Shown here: positions 1 to 15,113 of the stretch, one piece after another
Position numbering within the stretch: position 1 is the stretch's first letter
Layout of the letters: every line of letters starts with the position of its first letter
Assembly: GCF_009914755.1 (NCBI RefSeq)
Contig: NC_060929.1
Strand: one strand, 5' to 3'
Source: the human T2T-CHM13v2.0 reference genome, Homo sapiens
Length of the DNA: 64,000 nucleotides
Position numbers and translations under genes: made by a program
The notes under the pieces: model-generated
What the model was told of the DNA's origin: nothing
The model's database searches: none
The model's input: only the letters and a program-made list of their open reading frames with translations

Positions 1-382
1 GAGGTGGGGCCTGGTGGGAGGTAATTGGATCCTAGGGGTGGAGTTCTCCTGAATGATTTAGCGCCATCCCTTCGGTACTGTCCTCGGGTAGAGAGTGAGT
101 TCTCTCAAGATCTAGTTGTTTAAAAGTGTGTGGCACCTCCCTTCTATTCCCCCCAACCCCTGCCCTGCTGTCTCACTCCTGCTCTGGCCATGTAATGTGT
201 CTGCTCCTCCTTCGCCTTCTGCCATGATTGTAAGTTTCCTGAGGCCTCCCCAGAAGCTGAGCAGATGCCAGCATCAAGCTTCCTGTACAGCCTGCAGAAC
301 CAGGAGCCAATTAAACCTCTTTTCTCTATAAATTACCCAATCTCAGGTATTTATGTATAGCAGTGTGAGAACAGGTTAATAC
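1..382 (+). mobile_element. MaLR LTR, MST-type (MSTB-like), cut by the window edge
   Basis: Typical MST LTR motifs: GCCATGATTGTAAGTTTCCTGAGGCCTCCCCAGAAGCTGAGCAGATGCC, ATTAAACCTCTTTTC, TAAATTACCCAATCTCAGGTAT. Confidence 0.85.
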
Positions 383-1284
383 GGATGTGATATTAGGAAC
401 CTGGGTCAAATTTTATAGTATTCAATGATAGTTCATTCTAGGAAGCTAAGAATGCTCTGTTTGGCTTTTCCCCCTGAGGTTAATGATAAGTAATAGGGTA
501 GAAATGGAAGTCACTTTATTAATAGCAGGCCACCATCTGATACACTCCCAGAGTAGAATTCCTGGTGAGGTTGGACAGGAGCCCATAGCTCAGGCTAGAA
601 GTCTAACAAAGCCACAGTTTCCCCCTAGATTTCTGGATTGCTGTAATGACAGGTACAGTAAGGCACAGATATGAAAAAAGGAGAGAGAAGAGAGGGAACA
701 GGCTCCAAGGGAAATAGCCCAGTCACCAGTATCACAGAGTATCAGCCAAAGACACACAGATGAGCCACTCCTACATGAAGCACTAAAGGATAACATTTAT
801 AAAAATATAAATGTATGACATATAGTAAAAAAAGGCAAAATTTTCCAGATATCCCTGGTTATTTGCATCTATTCATGACTATATGTAGACAGTGGGATTA
901 TGGATATTTTTAATTTTCTTAATTATTTGCTAATCTTCTTATAATGAAATTGTAGTGATTTGAATTGAGAATCAATATTTTTAACCTGAATCTTTTTTTA
1001 GAAAGCCATTGAACAATTTAGATGTCTCTTGGAAGTTTATGTTTGTTTTATCTAAATATGCTCTGTGGGAAGCCCTAGGCCAGATATTTAATTCATGTAG
1101 TACTCACGATAATTTGTGCTGTTATAATCTTAATTATTAATTTTACCCTGCCTATGTTCACAAGGCACATATCTCATTTACCCCACCTTAGAGGAATGAT
1201 GGATATATTTTTTTTTGCAGGCTCCATTGAATTCTTATAGTTATCACATTAATACCAACATCATCATCATTATTATCATAAGTA

Positions 1285-1510
1285 ATTAAGTGTACTTATG
1301 CACTGATCCCTTTCTAGATATTTTACACAGATCTCATCAATCCTTGAAATAATCCTATGCAGTATGTTCCAGCATCACCCCCATTTCAAAGATAAGAAAA
1401 TTGAATCGGAGAGAGGTTAAATGCCTTGTTTTTCTAGATCACATAGCTAGAAAATGGTGGAACCGGGATTTGATCCCAGATAGCAGATTTCAGAGCCCAA
1501 GTTCCCAACC
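1285..1510. mobile_element. MIR SINE fragment
   Basis: MIR core-like CCCATTTCAAAGATAAGAAAATTGAATCGGAGAGAGGTTAAATGCCTTG...ACATAGCTAG...GGGATTTGATCCCAG. Confidence 0.7.
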
Positions 1511-2669
1511 TCTTTGTTTTGCTTCTCCGAAGCACATGGACAAAAAGGAGAGCTGGGAATAATGCGAGTTAATATGAAGTTCACACACCTAGAACCAAGC
1601 AGAAATGAGCAGTGTTTCTCCTCCAGCTGCATGCTAGAATTCTTATTGGATGAGCTGTATGTCTTTCCCGGCATGAGTATCTGAGAGTATGCACCGTAAA
1701 TCTTGTCCTAGAGGTTTTCTACTGGGTCACATTTATCCATCAGTCCAAATGGCAAATGGGTTAAAGAATACTTTGAGTCCTTGAATATAAACTTTATGTA
1801 TGGTATAAGAAGAAGTATAATGGAAAGTCCAAATCTACTTTCAGTTGAGGACAGAGGTAGAGTCCACAGTCACTGAGACTTTAGGACATGTCCTGTCTTC
1901 ACAGCTCAGATTCTATCCTTCTCGGTCTAGCTCCACTTACCTTTCCCAACTTGGATGCCATTTTAACAGTCTACTCAACCACTACCACCCAGACATTCTG
2001 CCATGTCTACCTTACTATTTACCAACTGTGGGAAAAGCTGACCACCTGTTCCTGCTAATTTCCCGCTTCTGCCTATGAGCTGCTAATAATTATAAGAAAT
2101 AAAACCATGACAATTGGCTTGACTATAAATGTTCATTGTCTGTTTCAATTCAGCCTTTCTCTACCACTCAGTAGCAATTTTCATTTAGTTCTGCTTTATT
2201 CCTCTTTCCTACAGTGGCGGATATTGCAAAACTTTTCCCCCTCACTCCATCCTTCCATCTCTATTCTTCCCTCACAATCATCAGATTGTCTGCATCTTGA
2301 TCTTCTTACAAGATTAAGACTGTCAGATTTGAGTTTCCTCCATTTCCACCCCAGATTATGAAAATCTCTCTTATCTTCAATCTCTAGGTATTCTCATTCC
2401 TACTCTTAAGAGAAGCATATCTCCACCCTTGACGACAGCAACCCCTTCTCGTTGAGCTCATTGGCCCTCATCTTCCTGCATTTTCTTGCTTCATTCTTTA
2501 TACTTTTCATCAGGGAAATATGCATTATCTCCTTCTTCACTTATGCATTTGAAATTTGGTCATGATTTCCTGCTATTTAAACAAAATAAGTGTGTTACCA
2601 GCTTTCCAGCTTTCCAAATCAGAGTCTCAATATTTTTTTCTCCTCATCTCCCTTGGTCAACCAATTCCT

Positions 2670-3160
2670 TATCACATTCATTCATTCAACAAATATGTAT
2701 GTGCAGTCCTAGTATATGGCTCTATCCTAGTAAATGAAATAGGCAAAAATCTCTGTCTCTTGGAGCTTACATTCTGAAGAAAAACAGGCAATAAAATAGA
2801 TTAAAAAGTAAAATATGCTCAATGTTAGATCATGCAAGAGAGAAAATTAAATTGGGGAAGGGAGATATAAAATGTCAGGGGATAACAAGTTGAAGCAATA
2901 GAGAGAGTGAAAGAGAAGTGCAACAGTCTGGAGGACATGAAAGAATTTGCTGAGTAAACATTTGGGGCAATCGTACACCAGGTAGAGGGAACAGCAGGTA
3001 CAAAATACTGAAGGCTGGATTATACCTGATGTATACCAAGAATACCAAAGAGGCCATGTAGCTGGAATAGAATGTACAAAGGAGAGACCAGCAAGAGATA
3101 GTGTCAGAAAGGTATCATGGAATCATATCTAGTAGGGATTTTGTAGGTCACTATACAAAC
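2670..3160 (-). mobile_element. L2 LINE 3' fragment
   Basis: CATTCATTCATTCAACAAATATGTATG (L2 tail), TCTTGGAGCTTACATTCT, CAGGTAGAGGGAACAGCAGGTACAAA. Confidence 0.7.
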
Positions 3161-5504
3161 CCACTTCCACTATGAAAATATGTTTCAGTTAGGTTAGAGA
3201 ATTGATCCAAGATAAGAGTGCATTCTGCAAAATAGGGGATTATTTTTTGTACATATAACATAAAGTTCAAATAAAAGCAGTCCAGAACTGGTATGACCAT
3301 CATGATCCAAGCTCCATTTAAGTATCTGTTCTGCTTTCATCAGCTTGTGACTTCTATTCTCAAGATTACTTCATAGTAAGAAAATGGATGCTGGAACACC
3401 AGTCATATGCCTGCATTCCAGCTGAGTAAACCCCTTTAAAGGGAATTCTTAAAAACCACCACCTAATATATGGTCTTTTATTTTATTGTCTATTCCTGAT
3501 TATAATAGGGGTTACAAATCATAAATTTTAGCTAAACACATTGCCATCTCCTATTTAGGGAGAGAGGAGGTTGAATGGGCAACTAGCTGCCATAGATAAT
3601 TAAAATTGTTATAGCTTGTAACCAGAAAACAAAGAAATTGGATACATTTAAAGGTGTAAGTCTAAATTTGGAAGGCACTTTGTCCACAAAAATAAATACT
3701 ATAAAAATGCTATTAAAAGTAAATAAGTAAACTAACTTTTCAAACTGTTTTAATGAGTATTCCATCAGTGGGAAATTTTTAAGAACACTGGAAAAGCTCT
3801 TTTAATTATGATATGTGAATACAGTAAAAACATTACTCTCAAAGAGAATTATAAACAAAGAGCCACTCAAGAGAGGCATGGGTCTACTCCATTCTTATTA
3901 CGGCACAGAAATTCAATTATGATAAACCATTCCACAAATTATCTACCAAATTTATATTCTCTCAGGAAGACTGATTAGGCTTGAGAGTCACTTTACCAAC
4001 TTTAAATGTTACCCACATATATGTTTGGGAGTGCCATACAGACCTCAGGGGAGAGAGAATAGATACAAAATACACACTAAACAATCATAACATTTAAAAA
4101 ATATAAAGGCAAAATTAAAAGAAGGGGAAATCATTCAGTATATCTGCTGGCATGTTAAGTAGAGAAAGGAGGGAGATAGATTTGTAATTTTAAATTCTTC
4201 TTAAATAAGAAAAATCATAGATTTTAGGCTTTATCCCTAAAATTCTTCTGTGAAGGTCTCAAAATTTATTGAGGTCCTTGACATTCCCATTTCCAGGGAT
4301 GATTTATTCTACAAAATTATTTCAGACCCTGTAAGGTGGTTTTTCAGCAACCAGATGGTACGATCTTCCAATGCAGAAGTTTCATCTCTACCTTCAGGAA
4401 ACAGTAACCCAGAGTCATTCTCTATGGGTGCTAAATGAACATTAATTAATGATGAATGGGGGATGCTTTACCATCTGTTGAGTACTGATTCAAAATATAC
4501 TGTTGTCACTTAATTGGATTATTTTTAGTCTTGTAGTTTCAACTGGGTGAACACTAATGGCTGGAACTGTGAGATGCCTTGGCAAATCATAACTCCCATT
4601 TTGAATTCCTTGTCTGGAGGGGTGGCTAATTATTGAATGATAAGTAATCCAAATAGAAATGAAAGGTCCTTTCTAACACTTGGTTTTCTTAAAATGATAA
4701 AGCATCCTTCAGTAGAATAATTCAAGTCATGGATAACAAGTGATATCCAGGAAGACTAGGAGTTAATGCAATGAATTACAATAAAAAAATTTTTTTAAAG
4801 GGAAAATAAAACAAATGGGATTCACATATATAATAACTAGCACATCATTTTTGTTGTCAGTAAACAAACCCTCAGCACTTCCCAGCACATATCAAAGTTG
4901 CTGTGCTCTGTTACTCTCTGGAGAGAGGTACTGTGATATGCTTTGCCAAGTCAGTCATTTCAAATTAATAATATGATAGCCATTTCTTTATAAAGGAGAA
5001 ATTGAGATGTTTAAAAAATTACTTAAGGCAACAGATTTCTGAGAGGTTACATTAGATTTTTTCAAACTTTCAAATTAGACTTAAAAAATAAGTAGTTGGC
5101 TATGGCAGGGAGAGTTGTGGTTCAATTTTAGTATATTTTCTTGAGTCCCTGGATTTCATGCTAGAATGACTTACTGATAGCCCAAATAAAGTGTTGCACT
5201 TCATGTGATTTTCCTAGTCTGCTTTCAGCTGCTCCAATACAATGTAACCATTTCAGATATTTGATGACATCAGATTTAAAAGACAATTTAAATCGTGCAT
5301 TTGAGAAGCATGTTCAGATTAGTGGAGTACACTGCAGAGGCCAATTGCCAACCTTCAAATCCCAATTTCACCACGTACCTGGTGTGTTCACTTGGCACAC
5401 CTGCTTGGCCTCTACAAACCTCAGTTCTAGAAGAAAGTTAAATATTTTTTAAAAATCTATACCATAAAGTTGTTTTGAATATCACATTAAATAATGCATG
5501 TAAG

Positions 5505-5861
5505 GTGGGATGGTTTGGCTCTGTGTCCCCACTCAAATGTCACCTTGAATTGTAATAATCCTCACATGTCAAGGGTGAGGCCAGGTAGAGATAATTGAAT
5601 CAGAGGGGCAGTTTCTTCCGTACTGTTCTCATGGCAGTGAATAAATCTCATGAGATCTGATGATTTTATAAATGGGAGTCACCCTGCACACACTCTCTTG
5701 CCAGACGCCATGTAAGATGAGCCTTTGCTCCTCCTTTGCCTTCTACCATGATTGAGGCCTCCCTGGCGACATGGAACTTTGAGTCCATTGAACCTCTTTT
5801 TCTTTAAAATTACTCAGTCTCGGGTACGTCTTTATCAGCACCATGAGAGCAGACAAATAAA
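5505..5861 (+). mobile_element. Solo MaLR LTR (THE1D/MSTA-like) interrupting a MIR
   Basis: ATGGTTTGGCTCTGTGTCCCCACTCAAAT...CTCATGAGATCTGATG...CAGTCTCGGGTACGTCTTTATCAGCA. Confidence 0.85.
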
Positions 5862-5883
5862 TAAGGTTTTTGTATGGACCTGA

Positions 5884-6386
5884 GTATATTAGGGTTCTCC
5901 AGAGAAACAGAACCACTAGGATACATATAGCAAGAGATTTAGTATGAAGGATTGGATCACATGACTATGGAAGTTAAGAAGCCTCACTCTGCTGTCTGCA
6001 AGCTGCTGAAGCCCCAGAAAAGCCAATGTTGTGGGTCGTCCAAGTCCAAAGACCTGAGAAACAGAGGAGCCAGTGGTGTAAGTCTCAGTCCAAGTCTGAA
6101 AGTTCGAGAACCAGGACAACTGATACCCAAGTACAGGAGAAGATGGATATTCCTGCTCAAAAAGAGAAAGTTAATTTGTCATTTCATTGCCTTTGTGTTT
6201 TATTCAGCCCTCAACAAATTGGATGGTGTCCACATACACTGGTGAAGATCATCGTTGATCAGTCTACCCCTGCAAATGCTCTTCTTTCCCAGAAACACCC
6301 TCAAGAACACACCCAGAAACCATGCTTTACTAGTTTTCTGTGCATCTCTTAATCCAGTCTAGCTGACACATAACATTAGCCATCAC
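5884..6386 (-). mobile_element. MLT2-family (ERVL) solo LTR
   Basis: Starts TATATTAGGGTTCTCCAGAGAAACAGAACC and ends GCTGACACATAACATTAGCCATCACA, the reverse complement of the MLT2 termini. Confidence 0.85.
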
Positions 6387-9272
6387 ACTAGGACTTGACA
6401 TATTTTCAATAAATGTACATCGTGTATATTATATAGAAATTTCCAACTATACCACTTGTCCTATGGGAGGCATCCTCCCAAGGGTCACTTGTACATGGTC
6501 CCCATGACATGGACCCAGGCCAAGGAGGATTTAACCAGGGGAGAAAGAATGAATGAGGAGAGAACTGGTAGAAGTATGGAATAATTTACCTTCTTTTGAC
6601 CACAGTGGGGAGGTAGAAATTTGGCTGCACCACAGGCTCTGAAGTCAGATGCCTGGTTTGAATTTCAGTGCCATCACTTATTGGCTTTGTGATGTTGAAC
6701 CGATTGATCTAGAGTTTCTGTCCTTCAGTTTCTTCATCTATAGATTGGAAATAATTACAATACTAATCCTAACTGATCGAGTTGTTATGCAGAGTTCTCA
6801 AACCAGTGTCTGGTATAAGATGAGCACTAAAAACTCTCCATATTAGCTCTTTGAATTATTATGAATTAGAGTTAGATGTCAGTCAGGAAAACAGAGTCAC
6901 TAAAATACTATGGTAATAAGAGGCTCGCTATAGCAATTAGAGCACAAACAAATGTAGGAAAAGTTGGGGAAGTGAAGGTCTGGAAGATGGAGATGGAGAA
7001 TCCAAATAAGTCACTAACCATAATGGTCAGAAGGAATGTTATCTAGTGCTTGGTTTTGGCATTGGAGCTGTTTGTTGGTGGGGCCAGGAGTTGGAATCTA
7101 GAAGCTGAGGCCTGCTAGGCACAGCTGCATTGGTCTGTCACTATGTTGGCTGACATGGCCTTCTGAGAGTAATGCTTTCTGGTCACTTCCATTTTCCAAA
7201 TGTCCATCCTAAAATCATACATGGAAGGGGATTCTGGGAAACATAGTTCACAGACTTAGATGGGTTCAGTAACTCCAAGTTGACAATGTGCAATCAAGCA
7301 GAGAGGTCTTGTTTTGGCTTGGGTTCCCTTAAAAACAGATCCTCATGTAAGGGTCTGAGTGTGAATAGCTTATTTTAGAAGTGATCCCAGAAGCACTAGT
7401 AGAGGAGGAAATAGAGAGACAGGAAGGAAAGGAGGCCAATACAGAGTGTGTGCGTGCAGGCTAAGCCCACTGGCAACTCGAGCTCAACCCTGCTGGGGTC
7501 ATCTGGGGAGCTATGTAGAGTACATTTGGAAGGGTAAGAAAAGCCACACCCAAATCTAGAAAACTCCCAAGTCCACATTCTTTCTTAAATATCTACATTT
7601 TAAACGCTGTGATCTACATTTTAAATATCTACATTTTAAACACTGTGGAGTTCTCTCAAGGCCTGGGGTTGGGAGGAGTAATAAACCGAAGAAAGTTGGA
7701 AAATTCTTCCTTCCTTCATGACGCGGTTAGAAGTTAGCTGAATAGTCCCAGAAAATGATGGTCTACTATTCAATAACTGCGATAAACAAATTCAAACATC
7801 TCCAAATCCCTATTTCTTCCTGAAACCACTACAGATCCTTCAAACTCTAGTATAAATGACTCCTCACCGAGCACCCCTCCCCTGACAGAACGAATGCCCC
7901 TCTCACAATATTCAAAACCTGTATCTATTTTACTACTTACTTTATGTATCACAATTATTTCTATTTCTGGATGTCTCCCCCCCAATCTTGGAGCATCTTG
8001 ATGGCGGATGTTGTGTCTTAGTCAGTTCTGTATCTTCAGCACCTAGGACAGTGCATTTTGAGCCTAAAGGATGCTTAGGAACTGTTTGTTGAATGAAATG
8101 GACAGATGAATAAATGAATGAATGAACAAACAAGTGAACAACTGAAATATTTTATGACCCATCACTATCACTATTGTTACAATAATATAATGTCAGGGAT
8201 GGAATTCTCCAAGATGGAAATCTTTTCTGCTCAGTTAAAATTAAACAGTCAACAGCTCAAAATATACATTCCAATTTGCATCCTAGAATATGTATAGCTT
8301 TAAAAAATAAATAATAGCAGCTTTTATTTACAGAATAAATGTTTACTCTGTGCTAAACACTATGCTATGCTATACCCTTTGGGTACATCATCAGTGTTAA
8401 TCCTGATAAAAGTGTAAAGAAGTGTAAAGAATATTGTTATTCCCATTTCCATATGTACTGTCACTTAGACTAAACATTATGGAAAAAAATTATGCCATTA
8501 GCACATTGCACAGCTAGGATTTAAACCTCAGCCTGCCTGATTCTAAAGTTTATGCTCTTCACCTCTACTCTGTAATACCTTTAAAAATGTTACAAATAAA
8601 TCAAGGTATGTGGTTATTCATTGTGGAAGAAAATAATAAAACAGCTCCAAAAGCTTATTGTTTTGCTTTAGTTTCTACCTGTATTTGTTCAGGGCTTCAG
8701 GATGTATGTAACTTTGATAACTATTTTATTGGGGGACCTTTAAAGTGACTCTATAAAGAAGCCCTTTTATCACTGCAGCATCTAGGTTTGGCAGTGGTTC
8801 CAGTTTCTCTGATGAAGCTGTTTCATCTGTGATTTCTTTGCATTTAATGTGCATGTGTGTTTTACACTGTGTCCAACCATTCTGGTGGTAGCATATGGTT
8901 AGTTTTGTTAATTGGGCTTTTTGTTATGCTGTGTCTGCAAAGCTCCTTTTAATTTATATTCAAATGTTTGTCATTCTCTAGCAGTCTGTTTTGTGATGTC
9001 TGTGTTTGTTTTGTGACCTATGACTATAGCATGTTTTTCAATCTACATTCTGACAGATTATTCAAATATGCCCACCATGTGCTGGCTATATACTACAATA
9101 TAATTCCTGCTCTATTTCCTTAATTAGGTAACAAAGTTGGAGGAGGATGGTTTTGGCTTCTTCTAGGTAACTACATTGTTAGGAATGATATAGATGGGAT
9201 GAAAGTTGGTTTCTTTGTCAAAGACAGAATGCTAGATGATTCAGGTAGCATCAAACATTCATAAAAGCCTAC

Positions 9273-11578
9273 TGATATGGTTTGGCTGTTTGTCCCCACC
9301 CAAGTCTCATCTTGCATTGTAATTCCCACAATTCCCATGTGTTGTGGGAGAAACCTGGTGGGACGTGATTGAATTATGGGGGCGGGTCTTTCCTGCACTG
9401 TTCTCGTGATAGTGAAAGAGTCTCATGAGATCTGATGGTTTAAAAAAAAAATGGGAGTTTGCCTGCACAGTCTCTTTCTTTGTCTGCTGCCATCCACATA
9501 AGATGTGATTTGCTTCTGCTTGCCTTCTGCCATGATTGTGAGGCTTCCCCAGCCATGTGGAACTGTAAGTCCAATTAAACCTCTTTCTTTTGTAAATTGC
9601 TAAGTCCAGGTATGTCTTTATCAGCAGTGTGAAAATATATTAATACAGTAAATTAGTTCCAGTAGAGTGGGGTGCTGCTGAAAAGATACCCAAAATGGGA
9701 ACCAGGTAACAGGCAGAGGTTGGAACAGTTTGGAGGGCTCAGAAGACAAGGAAATGTGAGAAAGTTTGGAACTTCCTAGAGACCTGTTGAATGGCTGTGA
9801 ACAGAAGTCTGATAGTGATATGGACAATAAGGTCCAGGCTGAGGTGGTCTCAAATGGAGATGAGGAACTTGCTGGGAACTGGAACAAATGTGGCTGACTC
9901 TCGTTATGTTTTAGCAAAGAGACTGGTGGCAATTTGCCCTGTCCTAGAGATTTGTGCGACTTTAAACTTGAGAGAGATGATTTAGGTTATCTGGCAGAAG
10001 AAATTTCTAAGCAGCAAAGCATCCAAGAGGTGACTTGGGTGCTGTTAAAGGCATTCAGTTTTAAAACAGAAGCAGAGCATAAAAATTTGAAAAATTTGCA
10101 GCCTGACAACGTGGTAGAAAAGAAAAACCCATTTCCAAGAAGAAATTCAAGCCAGCTGCAGAAATTTGCATAAGTAACAAGGAGCAGAACGTTAATCCCC
10201 AAGACAATAGGGAAAATGTCTCCAGGGCATGTCAGAGGCCTTTACAGCAGTCCCACCCATCACAGGCCTGGAGGCCTAGGAGAAAATAGCTTTGTGGGCC
10301 AGGTCCATGGTCCCTGTGCTGTGTGCAGCCTAGGGACTTGGTGCCCTGCATTCCAGCTGCTCCAGCCATGGCTGAAAGGGTCCAGTGGAGAGCTTGGGCT
10401 GTGGCTTCAGAGGGTGCAAGCCCCAAACCTTGGCAGCTTCCATGTGGTGTTGAACCTGCGAGTGCACAGAAGTCAAGAATTGGGGTTTGGGAATCTCCAC
10501 CTAGATTTCAGAGGACATATGGAAATGCCTGGATGCTCAGGCAAGTTTGCTGCAGGGGCAGGGCGCTAATGGAGAACCTCTGCTAGGGCAGTGCTGAAGG
10601 GAATTGTGGGGTCAGAGCTCCCACACAGAGTCCCTACTGGGGCACTGCCTAGTGGAGCTGTAAGAGGGCCACCACCCTCCAGACCCCAGAATGGTAGATC
10701 CACTGACAGCTTGCACTGTTTGATTCGAAAAGCTGCAGACACTCAATGTTAGCCCATGAAAGCTGCCAGGAAGGAGGCTGTACCCTCCAAAGCCACAGGG
10801 GTGGAACTTCCCAAGACCATGGGAACCCACCTCTTGCATCAGCATAACCTGGATATGAGATATGAAGCCAAAGGAGATCATTTTGGAGCTTTAAGATTTG
10901 CCTGCCCCACTGGACTTTGGACTTGCATGGGGACTGTACCCTCTTTGTTCTGGCAAATTTCTCCCATTTGAAATGGATGTACTTACCCAATGCCTGTGCC
11001 CCCATTGTATCTAGGATGTAACTAACTTGCTTTGGATTTTACAGGCTCATAGACAGAAGGGACTTGCCTTGTCCCAGATGAGACTTTGGACTGTGGACTT
11101 TTGAGTTAGTGCTGAAATGATTTGAAACTTTGCGGGGTTGTTGGGAAGGCATGATTGGTTTTGAAATGTGAGGACATGATATTTGGGAGGGGCCAGGGAT
11201 GGAATGATATGGTTTGGCTCTGTGTCCCCACCCAAATCTCATCTTGAATTGTAACTCCCACAATCCCCATGTGTCATGGGAGGAACCCAGTGGGATGTGA
11301 TTGAATTATAGGGCGGGTCTTCCCTGTGCTGTTCTCTTGATAATGAATGAGTCTCACAAGATCTGATGGTTTTAAAAAAACAGGAGTTGTGCCTTCACAA
11401 GCTCTCTCTTTGCCTGCTGCCATCCATGTAAGATGTGACTTGTTCCTCCTTGTCTTTCACCATGATTGTGAGGCTTCCCCAGCCACTTGGAACTGTACCT
11501 CCCATTAAGTCTGTTTCTTTTATAAATTGCTCAGTCTCAGGTATGTCTTTATCAGCAACGTGAAAATGGACTAATACA
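9273..11578 (+). mobile_element. Full-length THE1-family MaLR: LTR 9273-9647, internal 9648-11204, LTR 11205-11578
   Basis: Two homologous LTRs TGATATGGTTTGGC...TAATACA flank a MaLR internal sequence. A purine-rich tract precedes the 3' LTR. Perfect 5-bp TSD CCTAC at 9268-9272 and 11579-11583. Confidence 0.95.
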
Positions 11579-11664
11579 CCTACCATTTGAAAGGTACTGT
11601 GCAGGATCCAGGATAGTAAAAGGAAATAAGGTTAGATAAGTCACCAGAAATGATACTAAGCCCA

Positions 11665-11900
11665 TATTCTTAAATCTAACTGCCTGGGTTCAAATCCTAG
11701 CTCCACTACTCAACAGCTATGTGATCTTGGACAAAATACTTCACCTCTTTGTGCCTAAGTTTTCTTGTCTATATAAGGTGGATGATGATGATAATATCTA
11801 CCTCATAGGATAGGTGGAAAGATTAATGAGCTAATACCTATAAAGTACTTAGAATAATGGACACAGTAACACTCAATAAATATTAACTACTGTCACTATT
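11665..11900. mobile_element. MIR SINE
   Basis: CTGCCTGGGTTCAAATCCTAGCTCCACTACT...GTGATCTTGGACAAA...CTCTTTGTGCCTAAGTTTTCT...CTACCTCATAGG. Confidence 0.8.
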
Positions 11901-12789
11901 ATTATTTTATACAGTTGCTAATAAAGGTAGGAATCTGGTTAGCACAGGGAGTGCTACAAGGCAGAAATAAGAAGCCAAAATCAATTTATTTAAACTACAT
12001 TCTTCAGCAAATTAATAAATTTACAGAAAAAAGGATTTTATGATTGAAAATGGACTGGAGATGCTGAGATGACTGCACACATCACAGAGCCTGCATTAGG
12101 CTGATGTGTATTGTGACTTGCTGAAAGAAAAGAGGACATATAGCTCCCAAACTTATTAAATACAGGACTGTTGTCTAGATGAGCAGCTTAAGGGACTAGT
12201 TTCCACAGAAAATCCTTTGGGAAGTTCTTGCTTGTGTAAAAGTTCTGGACAATCACAATTAGCAATTAAAGCGCTATAATTAGAGGAAAGTTAAAATTAA
12301 GGATATTAGCCATATTTCTAAATGTTTATGGTTGAATTCCTGGAAATATGTAGAAATTACAAGTATGCAATTATGTGATGCCACACACAGCTTATCCACA
12401 AAGCAATTTTTGGTGTCAACATCAGAGACCAGATCCTGTGGCATTTTTTGTATTGTGTCCTTTGATGGAATGACAGAACATAGAGAATTTTGTCTCCAAT
12501 TTTGCTCCTTGCAGAGAATGCAAAAATATATTGGTTTGTTTGTTTGTCCTACAATTTATCACATGATTCTCTAATTGCAGGAGAATTGGGAAATAAAGAC
12601 AGAGGATTAAGAGGAGACCTACAGGAATGAAATAACAATAGCCAGAAAGTAACAGTGTCTGGGAGACATCACTATAGAAGCATTACCCCTCAGTTCAGGA
12701 ACTCTTGCATTTGGCTTTTTTTAAAAAAAAAAAAAAAAAGTTTATGTGGAAATATTTGAGGAGTTTTTATGTACATATAATCCTTAAAC

Positions 12790-14330
<1,541 letters not shown>

Positions 14331-14422
14331 GGGATGAGATGTGCTCTCCAGAGGCTTAGGCAGGAAATACTTACACATCCAAGTTTATCCCTCTTTCAAA
14401 CACAACAATACCAAAGAGAAAG

Positions 14423-15113
14423 CCTCCTTCCATGACCCTGCACCCTCCTTCCATGACCCTACACACACTCCTTCCATGATCCTACACACACTCCTTCCAT
14501 GACCCTACACACACTCCTTCCATGACCCTACACACACTCCTTCCATGACCCTACACACACTCCTTCCATGACCCTACACACACTCCTTCCATGACCCTAC
14601 ACCCTCCTTCCATGACCCTACACCCTCCTTGCATTATCGTACGCCCTCCTTCCATGACCCTGCACCCTCCTTCCATGACCCTGCACCCTCCTTCCATGAC
14701 CCTACACACACTCCTTCCATGATCCTACACACACTCCTTCCATGACCCTACACACACTCCTTCCATGACCCTACACACACTCCTTCCATGACCCTACACA
14801 CACTCCTTCCATGACCCTACACACACTCCTTCTATGACCCTACACACACTCCTTCCATGACCCTACACCCTCCTTCCATGACCCTACACCCTCCTTGCAT
14901 TATCCTACGCCCTCCTTCCATGACCCTGCACCCTCCTTCCAAGACCCTTTACCCTCCTTCCATGACCCTACACCTTCCTTCCATGACCCTGCACTCTCCT
15001 TCCATTAACTTGCACCCTCCTTCCATAACCCTACACCCTCCTTCCATCACCCTGCACCCTCCTTCCATGACCCTACACTCTCCTTCCATGAACCCTGCAC
15101 CCTTCTTCCATGA
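14423..15113. repeat. Minisatellite of 21/23-bp units, about 30 copies
   Basis: Units CCTCCTTCCATGACCCT(G/A)CAC (21 bp) and ACTCCTTCCATGACCCTACACAC (23 bp) read directly from the sequence. Confidence 0.97.

Noticed and set aside
9621-11586. Cluster of overlapping ORFs
   Set aside because: All are fragments of THE1 LTR or internal sequence.
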